From Octopus sinensis (lineage: Eukaryota), in contig NW_021825262.1 in assembly GCF_006345805.1 (NCBI RefSeq), positions 1-16,114 on the forward strand: a stretch of DNA of 16,114 nt, read 5' to 3'. Each line of letters opens with the position of its first letter. Within the stretch, counting starts at the first letter, position 1. Below, piece by piece: positions 8,116-16,114 of the stretch. The notes beneath the pieces were generated by a model. It had not been told where the DNA came from. It did not search any database and was given only the letters and a program-made list of their open reading frames with translations. The position numbers were made by a program, and so were the translations under genes.

Positions 8116-8479
8116 TTAAGAACTGGCACGAGACAACTGAATACCAGGAAACGGTAGGCTAAGTCAGGTTGGGCAAATATAAATAATTCCGTTTCGCCAA
8201 ACCATCTTTTAATTGATCCCAAACGGTTCTTCTTTCCCTCTTAGAAATGGTGCCGAGTGTTTGGCTGGGAGTCAAGAATTTATTGATTGAGACAGATCTC
8301 TTCTGGTAAAGACTTAGCAATGGATCTGCTCTCCCTTGGCACCATCCTCACGGCTCTAACAATTGAGTTAATGACCATTGTAGATCCTGTCATAATTAAA
8401 TAGAAAATCTTTCAAAATCTGGATGGTTGGCTGTTTTTGTTTGTTTTCAAAATACAGAGACTACCTGACCTTTATGTTT

Positions 8480-8723
8480 TCACTATCTACCTACCTACCT
8501 ACCAACTCATCTATCAATCGACCTATTTAGCTATCTATCTATTTTTCTGCTTATCTTTCTGTTTATCAACACATGTATCTACTTACTTCCTGATTTATCT
8601 ATCTATCTATCTGTCAATCGATAAATCCCTCCATCCCTCCATCCATTCATCTATCCATCTATTCATCCATCAATATATCTATCTACCTACCTACCTACTT
8701 ACCTACCTACCAATCTATCTATC

Positions 8724-8772
<49 letters not shown>

Positions 8773-8826
8773 ATCTATCTATCTGTTACTCAATCAGTCT
8801 ATCTATCCAACCATACTCTCTCTTTC

Positions 8827-8858
<32 letters not shown>

Positions 8859-8896
8859 CATACCTACCTATCTATCTATCTATCTATCTATCTATC

Positions 8897-8938
<42 letters not shown>

Positions 8939-8970
8939 CTATCTATCTCTATCTATCTATCTATCTGTTT
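8480..8970. repeat. (TATC)n (GATA-type) microsatellite
   Basis: Seen directly. It explains the YLSI ORF at 8437-9006. Confidence 0.95.
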
Positions 8971-9114
8971 GTCTGTACATGTACCATACCCTTCCTAATC
9001 CTTTGAAATGTCAATGTTATCAGATGCACACACACAGTCACTCTGATAAAGCCCTTCAATTTTTGGTCCTGTAGCATATTTCATAATGTAAAAACTGGAG
9101 AAAAAGTGGGAAAT

Positions 9115-9252
9115 GTCAGAAGCTGAATAGATTGAAGCAATGTGAAATAAAGTACCTTGCTCAAGGACACACTGTACAGACAGATCTCAGAATTGAAGTC
9201 ATGAATTTATGGCTGAGCTAAACAGTCTCAATGTGAGAGCGCATGCCTTCAC
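9115..9252 (-). mobile_element. Degenerate head of a second tRNA-derived SINE family
   Basis: Reverse complement gtgaaggcatgcg...gacttcaattctg...gtgtccttgagcaaggtactttatttcacattgct has a decayed B box and a CORE/V-like gtgtccttgagcaag motif. Confidence 0.5.
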
Positions 9253-9369
9253 AAACCATGGATAATCATCAACCAAATCTAGATTTGAAACCGGTGTGCA
9301 TGCATTTGGAGATAAAACTGTAACATGGCTAATTACTGCACAGACTTTGTTAAGGGGTTCATATAAGTG

Positions 9370-9484
9370 AGGGCATCCAGCTGTAGAAACTCTGCCAGAT
9401 CAGAATGAAGCCTGGTGCAGCCTTCTTCTCAGTCGGAAGTCAAACCGTCCAACCCATGCCAGCATGGAAAGTGGACGTTAAATA

Positions 9485-9531
<47 letters not shown>
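9370..9531 (+). mobile_element. 3' end of a (GAT)n-tailed retroposon with its tail
   Basis: gagggcatccagctgtagaaactctgccagatcag...ccaacccatgccagcatggaaagtggacgttaaa followed by a pure (GAT)n tract at 9484-9531. Confidence 0.8.
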
Positions 9532-9538
9532 ATATATA

Positions 9539-9897
9539 GTGACTGTGTGGTAAGAAGCTTGCTTACCAACCACACGGTTCAGTCCCACTGCATGGTACCT
9601 TGGCAAGTGTCTTCTACTATAGCCTTGGACCAACCAATGCCTTGTGAGTGGATTTGGTAGGCGGAAACTGAAAGAAGACTGTCGTGTGTGTGTTTGTGTG
9701 TCCCCCCCACCATCGGTTGACAAAAGGTGTTGGTGTGTTTACATCCCCTTAACTTAGCAGTTCGGCAAGGGAAGCCAATAGAATAAGTACTAGGCTTACA
9801 AAGAATAAGTTCCGGGGGTTGATGTGTTTGACTAAAAGGCAGTGCTCCAGCGTGGCCACAGTCAAATGACTGAAACAAGTAGAAGAATAAAAGAATA
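9539..9897 (+). mobile_element. tRNA-derived SINE, same family as 2292-2683
   Basis: Colinear with 2292-2683 from gtgactgtgtggtaag to gaaacaagtagaagaataaaagaa, with a short deletion just before the B box. Confidence 0.85.
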
Positions 9898-9924
9898 TGC
9901 ATGTGAGTATATATGCGTGCGTAT

Positions 9925-9936
9925 GTATATACATAC

Positions 9937-10029
<93 letters not shown>

Positions 10030-10035
10030 ATATAT

Positions 10036-10111
<76 letters not shown>

Positions 10112-10187
10112 TTATATATGTATATATATATATATATATATCTATATATATATATACATATATATATATATGCATATATATATGCAT

Positions 10188-10223
<36 letters not shown>

Positions 10224-10270
10224 GTATATATGTACATATGAATATATGTACATATATGTATGTATGTATG
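9925..10270. repeat. Long (TA)n microsatellite
   Basis: Seen directly. Other (TA)n/(TATG)n tracts lie at 1-70, 376-435, 894-1054, 1263-1317, 2686-2800, 3619-3685, 5980-6023 and 15025-15097. Confidence 0.95.
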
Positions 10271-10396
10271 CATGTATAATTGATGGCGGCAGTGGTGGTG
10301 GGTGGACATGATGAAGAAGAAGAAGAAAAGAAAGAGAGATATCATATTGTTTGCATGTCTTAAACATTGTGACGTCATTGTGACTCATAACATAGA

Positions 10397-10792
10397 CTTG
10401 TTGTTGCTGCTGTTGTTGTTGTTGTTATAATCATTATTGTTGTTGTTGTTGCAATGTGATGTTATTGTGACTCATTTAAACTTGTTGTTGTTGTTATAAC
10501 TGTCTTCGTTATTGCTTTTGTTACAGATATCAATGTTGTTGTTGTTATTGGTGTACTTGCTGTTGTTGTTGCTGTTGTTGTTTTCTAGCCCCTGCTCAGC
10601 CCTGATTAAGTAAACCAACGATCAAATGTAACCCAGCCATGACCATCCCAGCAGCTGTTTATCCAAACTTCTAGAACTGCAGTTTCATTGTTCAGTAACT
10701 TCTTTTTTTATCTTCTTAACATGGTGGAAGTGTAACTTGAGAGGATCTGGCTGCTATTTCTAGTAGATCCAGCAGCCACAGAGTGGCTCCCC
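10397..10792 (-). mobile_element. Putative retroposon 3' end (10585-10792) with a degenerate (CAA)n tail (10397-10584)
   Basis: On the minus strand, unique sequence (ggagccactctgtggctgctggatctactagaaatagcagcc...ggatggtcatggctgg...cagggctgagcaggggctagaaaa) runs straight into (CAA)n. It resembles a repeat I recall from octopus; family not named. Confidence 0.45.
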
Positions 10793-10799
10793 AAATGGC

Positions 10800-10843
10800 A
10801 TGTTGTTGTAATTGCTATTGTTGTTGTCATTGGCTACTACCAC

Positions 10844-10878
<35 letters not shown>

Positions 10879-10904
10879 TTGTGGCTGTTGCTGTTGCTAC
10901 TGCT

Positions 10905-10935
<31 letters not shown>

Positions 10936-11039
10936 ATGGAGGAGGAGGAGGAGGAGGAGGCGGGTGGTGCTGGTAGTGGCAGTGGCAACATCAATGATGA
11001 TTATGGTTATGATCATGAGAATGATGGTGATGGTGATGG

Positions 11040-11076
<37 letters not shown>

Positions 11077-11160
11077 AGTGGTTGTAGTGATGGTGGTGGT
11101 GGTGATGATGATGACGATGATGGTGAGGAGGCGAGGTAGAGGAGGAGGAGGAGGAGGATT
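10800..11160. repeat. Compound trinucleotide tract (GCT)(GAT)(GAG)(GGT)
   Basis: Seen directly. A similar compound tract in the opposite orientation lies at 12625-12770. Confidence 0.9.
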
Positions 11161-11270
11161 GCTGCAATCTGTAAGTACAGGAAAGAATCCTTTGAAATGA
11201 ATGTTCAGGATTTTTCATTGTTGAAGGAGGTAAAAAAAAACAACCCATTTAATTTGGTGGCTGCGCTCTT

Positions 11271-11283
11271 GTTGCTAGGCAAC
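11271..11283. promoter_or_regulatory. RFX X-box-like palindrome GTTGCTAGGCAAC
   Basis: Matches the inverted-repeat RFX consensus (GTTGC-n-GCAAC) in unique sequence. Function is not shown. Confidence 0.3.
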
Positions 11284-11464
11284 AGCAATCCCCTTTTCTT
11301 CCCCCCTTTATTCCTTTCAAACACTCCGTCTTTCAATGGTCTGTTTCCCCTCATATGGTCGCATTCACTGATCACAACAACAGCAACAATCAGTCCAGCT
11401 GCACTTAATGCATAGCAACAGTTATACTTGCAGTGTGCAGCAGAATCTGGAGGCATTTCAGTGT

Positions 11465-12425
11465 CTACATCTGGTGATATGGTTAATGTCTACATCTGTT
11501 ACATCTGGTGGCTTGGCTGTATCGAGATCTGACCACTTCTACTGACACTGTAAGTGCCTATATCTTGCTACATCTGGTGATAAAGTTAATGTCTACATCT
11601 GTTACATCTGGTGTCATGGTTGTGTGTAGATGTGACCACTTCTACTGACACTGTAAATGCCTATATCTTGCTACATCTGGTGATAAAGTTAATGTCTACA
11701 TCTGTTACATCTGGTGTCATGGCTGTGTGTAGATCTGACCACTTCTAATGACACTATAAGTGCCTACATCTTGTTTTATCTGGTGTCAATTTAATGTCTA
11801 CATATGGTGGTTTGGTTGTATGTGGTCATATCCACATCTGTTACATCTGGTGCCAAATTTAATGTCTACATTTGTTACATCTGGTGTCGTGGTTGTATGT
11901 AGATCTGGCCACATCTGGTAATGATGTATGTACCTACATCTTATTACATTTGGTGTCAAAGTTGAGGCCTTCATCTGGTTACATCTGATACTGAGGATAT
12001 GTGTAGATCTGACCACATCTGGTGGCACGGTAAGCGCATACATCTTACTCCATCTGCTCACATCTGGTGTCATGTCAGAGTCTAGATCTGACCACCACTT
12101 GTGATATTCCAAGTGCCTGTATCTCACTACATTTAATGCCAAGGTTAATGTCTACTTCAGCTCTCATTTAAACTACTCAGTCATATCTATCTATATACAC
12201 CCAAGGGATCAATTTAACTACAAAAAAAAATCTTTTTAAGGTTGTGCCCCAGCATGGCCACAGTCCAATAACTGAAACAATTAAAAGATATAAGATAAAA
12301 GATAACACATCTGGTGTCACTGCTAATGTCTAATGTCCCTTTATATCTGGTGTCACCTTTCTTGTCTGTGTCCAATCACATCTGGTGCCTCAGTTAATGT
12401 CTTACATCTGTTGACATCTGGTGCC
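11465..12425. repeat. Hierarchical minisatellite: ~34 bp monomers, the first nine forming three 103 bp higher-order units
   Basis: The unit start ctacatctggtga recurs at 11465, 11568 and 11671, a period of 103 bp (34+35+34). Monomers diverge further to ~12160 and resume at 12307-12425 after a SINE fragment. Confidence 0.9.
12200..12305 (+). mobile_element. SINE 3' tail fragment inserted in the minisatellite
   Basis: gtgccccagcatggccacagtccaataactgaaacaattaaaagat...aagataaaagataa matches the family tail. Confidence 0.7.
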
Positions 12426-12855
12426 ATTGTCAAATGATCTTTTCAATTTCTTGCTTATTTTGGCTAAAAACAATTCTAAATCCAGAGATTTTCTTTGTCC
12501 TTAAAACTCCTGATTCTTCTTTGCAGAGACTTCCTGTCTTTACCATTCCTTTATCTCTTTGTAGTCTGCGACAATATGTCTTGTACCCGTTTTTAGCCCA
12601 TTCTTCATCTTCACAGATCATCGCCCTCTTCCTCTTCCTCCTCCTCATCATCATCACCACCACTGCCACTGCCATCGTCGTCGTTGTCGTCATCATCATC
12701 ATCATCATCATCGCCTTCAGCAGCAGCAGCAGAACCACCACCACCATCATCATCATCATTTCCCATATTACAACATACAATGAATGAATAGTGTTTATAA
12801 GAAGCACTGCAACATAGATTGACACCCACGGGTGTATATTGATGTCAAATGACGT

Positions 12856-12937
12856 AGAGTCGTCAGAGAGTGGCAAATATTTGACAGGGTGTCATAGAGT
12901 GTCACAGAGTGTTGTAGAGTGTCACAGAGTGGTGTCA
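12856..12937. repeat. Short degenerate 10 bp tandem repeat (AGAGTGTCAC)
   Basis: agggtgtcat agagtgtcac agagtgttgt agagtgtcac agagtggtgtca. A separate 13 bp x3 repeat (ctacatgttgaca) lies at ~13318-13355. Confidence 0.8.
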
Positions 12938-13399
12938 AGTAAGCTGAATCTTTGAATGCAGTTTCAATTCTCAATTGAAATCATTTTGTTTGCCTGATGC
13001 TACTGATACTTTTGGTAACAGTATGAACATCACAACGTCCAATTTCCTTTCCTTAAATATAGAAGAAAAACTGTACCCAGTTAAGAAAAAAGCACCAATA
13101 GTCATTAAATTCTTCCACAAGTTTGGAGCTTTTTGCATTCCGTTTAGTCTGTCAAATGTTCTACATTTTCCAGCATACAAGTAAAATTTTTCAGACCAAA
13201 ATTTAGAACCATGGTAAGTAAATTGACTTCTACACCCAAATGACTTTGTAGGACCAAAGATTCCATGTGAAATGCTGCAGAATTTAGGGAAATAGTAATG
13301 CTGTTTGAATGTTTAAGCTACATGTTGACACTACATGTTGACACTACATGTTTTCACTATATACAACATCAACTTGTATACTAGAAAATAGGGCAATGG

Positions 13400-13572
13400 T
13401 TATTTATTCACATTGTTTTGAATTAATTATGCCTTGTGTTGTACTTTGGTGATTTCAATGATGTCGGTCGCTTATTTTTAGAATGATGTAAATGCGAGAG
13501 GCTGGATCTGGCCAGTTTGAACACGGAGCAGAACATTCGGGGTTGGGCATGGCTGGTTTAAATGCTAAAGAG
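13400..13572 (-). mobile_element. Second, more degenerate copy of the TTAA-type MITE
   Basis: Reverse complement ctctttagcatttaaaccagcc...ggccagatccagcctctc...tcattctaaaaataa...cataattaattcaaaacaatgtg aligns to 5678-5831 and retains a segment deleted there. Confidence 0.6.
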
Positions 13573-13716
13573 CAAAGTCAACCAATAAAGAGCTGCTTTT
13601 CAAAGCACATTTTCAGATTTGGATGGAAAACTAGATTCAAACAACAACAACTAATAAAAAAAAAAGAATACAAATTGTTATCTTGATAAAGATACGTGTA
13701 ACTAATTACATAAGCA

Positions 13717-13885
13717 CAGGTTTGGGTGTTTGGTAAGACATTTGCTTCCCAGCCACATGGGTCTGAGTTCAATTCTACTGCATGGCACCTTGGGCGAGTG
13801 TCTTCTATTATAGACCAAGGCCACCAAACTGTGGCAAATGTATCTGATAAATGAAAACTGAAAGAAGCTACACACACACACAGAT
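13717..13885 (+). mobile_element. SINE head fragment (degenerate)
   Basis: tggtaagacatttgcttcccagccacatgggtctgagttcaattctactgcatggcaccttgggcgagtgtcttcta...gaaaactgaaagaagc followed by (CA)n. Confidence 0.7.
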
Positions 13886-13889
13886 ATAT

Positions 13890-14010
13890 AAATCAGCTGA
13901 AATTGCGAAGATGATCCGGTTCTTGACTGAAGATTGAAGGCTTCAAATGTCCCGTCCGTGTTTTTTTTTGTGTCATCTTCTAAATGTTTCACGTTCTTGT
14001 CCCAGTTTGT
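13890..14010 (+). mobile_element. Possible second Penelope-type terminal fragment
   Basis: CTGAAGA (13927-13933), a TTGAA-GGC-TTCAA hairpin and GTC, then a T-rich segment (gtgtttttttttgtgtc...ttcttgtc) resembling the minus strand of the 1055/3128 elements. Confidence 0.3.
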
Positions 14011-14329
14011 ATTTTTTTACTTTTACATATATATATATATATGTTTACAATTACAAAAGAGCCATTTATAGTTTCATGCTTTAAGATACATTAAATTGGC
14101 AAATTTATACAACATGTCATGTATCACCAGGCAGTCTTTCAGGCTCAGTGCATATCGTTAGATGTATGTAAAAAGCAGGACATTGGCCTATGAGGAAAAT
14201 AGGAGAAAAAAAGCAAGAATAAACACCACAAAGAAGGCTGATGCGGAAAGTGTATAAATGTGTGTTTGTTTGTTGGGACCGTTCCATGTAGCCATCATGG
14301 GATGGTTGTAAATGAGGATGACCATCATA

Positions 14330-14537
14330 AAAGTGGTGGTGTCTGCTTTGAGTTTCCCATGCGAAACATCTTTGGCCATGGGGGAAATATTTCCTTGCTT
14401 GGAAACAGGTGGAGGTTGGTGACAGGAAGAGCGTCCAGCCATGGAAAAATCGGCTTTCAACAAAATCCATTTCCCCCCGTGCAAGCATGGAGAAGAAAGT
14501 GTACATTAGATGATGATGGTGGTGGTGGTGGTGATGG

Positions 14538-14571
<34 letters not shown>

Positions 14572-14576
14572 GGTGG

Positions 14577-14622
<46 letters not shown>

Positions 14623-14692
14623 GGTGATGGTGATGATGGTGATGGTGATGATAATGATGATGATGGTGATTTTGATGATGACGATGATGATG
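14330..14692 (+). mobile_element. 3' end of a (GAT)n-tailed retroposon variant with an expanded (GAT/GGT)n tail (14508-14692)
   Basis: ggttggtgacaggaagagcgtccagccatggaaaa...cccgtgcaagcatggagaag...acattagatgatgatg parallels 4690-4845 and 9370-9531. Confidence 0.65.
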
Positions 14693-14790
14693 TATTGTGT
14701 TTAATTGTATCAGATATCTTGTGTGTCTCATTAAACTGTGTTACACAGTTGTATCTCATTGCATAATTGTTTATCTTCGTTACATACCCC

Positions 14791-15035
14791 CTTTTTTTTT
14801 ACCCTTTTACTTGTTTCAGTCATTTGACTGTGGCCATGCTGGAGCACCGCCTTTAATCGAGCAAATCGACCCTAGGACTTATTCTTTGTAAGCCTAGTAC
14901 TTAGTCTATCGGTCTCTTTTTACCGAACTACCACTAAGTTACGGGGACGTAAACACACCAGCATGGGTTGTCAAGCAATGTTGGGGGACAACAAACACAG
15001 ACACACAAACATACACACACACAGTACAATATATA

Positions 15036-15068
<33 letters not shown>

Positions 15069-15203
15069 TATATATATATATATATATACATATATATGAC
15101 AGGCATCTTCATTTTTCCGTCTACCAAATCCACTCACAAGGCTTTGATCGGCCCGAGGTTATAGTAGAAGACACTTGGCCAAGGTGCCACACAGTGGTTG
15201 AAC
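14791..15203 (-). mobile_element. tRNA-derived SINE lacking most of its head
   Basis: Colinear with 3686-4020 (cttttacttgtttcagtcatttgactgtggccatgctggagcaccgcc ... gacacttggccaaggtgccacacagtgg). Confidence 0.85.
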
Positions 15204-15512
15204 ATTATTATTAAACTCTTACATGCTGTATCACGTTAGCTATATCTTGTTAAATTAAATCACAGTCACACACATTGCTGTATCTTATAAAAAACTATGT
15301 TAATTATATGTAGCTTGCTGATGTCTGTCACAATGTTGTATCATGTTAAGCTCTTGTTACATACTTGTATCTGGCAGAATTGTGTCACACATGTCACATT
15401 GTCATGTATGAGCAAATTGTGTTACACAGTTATATCCTGTTAAACTGTGCCTCACAGATGTATCTGACTGAGCTATGTCACATTCTTGTATCTTGTTACA
15501 CTATGTTACATA

Positions 15513-16114
15513 CAGGGGTTGGACAAAATAATGGAAACACCCGGCATCATAATTTCGAAATATCTATGAAACCGTCAAAAGCTTGTTTATTTTTATGCTT
15601 TATGATTTATTATTAGTGTTGCTTAATATGTTTTACTACAATTGTTGCTTCTTTTCAGATATCATCAGAAAAAGGTAATTAAAATTCATTAGAATGACAG
15701 ATCTGTCGGACTTTCAAAGAGGTCAAATTGTTGGTGCTCTTATGGCAGGTGCTAGCGTAACGAAAACTGCTGAAATATTTGGTGCCTCAAGAAGTACTGT
15801 CTTGAAAGTAACAACAGCCTCTGAGAAAGAGGGAAAAACCTCCTCATCGGAACAAAACTCTGGAAGAAAACCAGAACTTTCAAATATGAACTGTTGGACT
15901 CTTATGCAATTTGTTAGAAAGGATCACAAAAGTATAGCTCCCAAAATTACTGCAGAGCTTAATGATCACCACGAGAGGGCAGTTTCCACAAAAAATGTTC
16001 ACCAGGAGCTGCACAAAGCCGGATTTCATGGGAGGGCTGCAATCAGAAAACCACTACTTTCAAAAACAAACATTGCAAAGCATTTAGAGTGGAGAAAAAA
16101 ACCTACAGAATTGG
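15513..16114 (+). mobile_element. Tc1-family DNA transposon, 5' part (runs off the window)
   Basis: TA (15511-15512) is followed by a Tc1-type terminus, caggggttggacaaaataatggaaacacc, and then a transposase ORF. Confidence 0.9.
15694..16114 (+). CDS. Tc1 transposase, N-terminal DNA-binding region (partial; probable +1 frameshift near 16095-16101)
   Basis: MTDLSDFQRGQIVGALMAGASVTKTAEIFGASRSTVLKVTTASEKEGKTSSSEQNSGRKPELSNMNCWTLMQFVRKDHKSIAPKITAELNDHHERAVSTKNVHQELHKAGFHGRAAIRKPLLSKTNIAKHLEW... shows a paired-like HTH, the SGRKP linker and RKPLL. There is no stop in 140 codons. It is absent from the ORF track, probably because it lacks a stop inside the window. Confidence 0.85.
   Translation, partial: MTDLSDFQRGQIVGALMAGASVTKTAEIFGASRSTVLKVTTASEKEGKTSSSEQNSGRKPELSNMNCWTLMQFVRKDHKSIAPKITAELNDHHERAVSTKNVHQELHKAGFHGRAAIRKPLLSKTNIAKHLEWRKKPTEL

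Noticed and set aside
8227-8311. Plus-strand polypyrimidine acceptor, 61 nt candidate exon (MVPSVWLGVKNLLIETDLF) and gtaaag donor
   Set aside because: Short, weak donor, no recognisable homology. Cannot be supported without RNA data.
10752-10763. Minus-strand CTAGAAATAGCA, resembling the Cas9 sgRNA scaffold
   Set aside because: Only 12 nt are shared, the flanking scaffold sequence is absent, and it lies within a putative retroposon end.
10783-11248. Poly-L/M/E/D/H ORFs (also 4965-5215, 12434-12876, 14117-14766)
   Set aside because: They are trinucleotide tracts open in several frames on both strands, some being expanded retroposon tails. No domain-like flanks.
11465-11780. Regular repeats suggesting a CRISPR array or a TPDV mucin-like coding repeat
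   Set aside because: There are no unique spacers and no cas genes, and the context is eukaryotic. The 103 bp period is not a multiple of 3 and stop codons recur in the units.
12971-13184. Overlapping 69 aa ORFs on both strands
   Set aside because: Length is within chance expectation and no motif or homology was recognised.
13164-13219. Plus-strand acceptor-like sites followed by accATG/GTAAGT, a possible start-codon micro-exon
   Set aside because: Splice consensus alone is too common in AT-rich DNA and no downstream coding exon is identifiable.

Overview
AT-rich, repeat-saturated eukaryotic non-coding DNA, most likely from an octopus. That assignment rests on the SINE families I recognise and the very high (TA)n/(TACA)n/(TATC)n/(GAT)n microsatellite load, and was not confirmed by search. 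I found no confidently identifiable host gene, and nearly all ORFs in the supplied track are translated microsatellites. Supported content: a fold-back mariner derivative carrying a transposase pseudogene (1318-2179); the 5' part of a Tc1 transposon (15513 to the window end); several tRNA-headed SINEs and (GAT)n- or (CAA)n-tailed retroposon ends; two copies of a TTAA-type MITE; a ~210 bp inverted repeat (72-281); and a hierarchical 34/103 bp minisatellite rich in CATCTG E-boxes (11465-12425). The best lead is a pair of ~206 bp pyrimidine-rich elements (1055-1260, 3128-3333). Their minus strand folds as a minimal type I hammerhead ribozyme variant with a palindromic helix III, the architecture known from Penelope-like elements. 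The second copy keeps a near-intact core and the first has a core G5 mutation. Weaker leads are a CpG-rich promoter-like island (~7020-7560), a candidate membrane-protein exon with an in-frame TGA (5559-5321, minus), and perfect DR1 and RFX X-box motifs.
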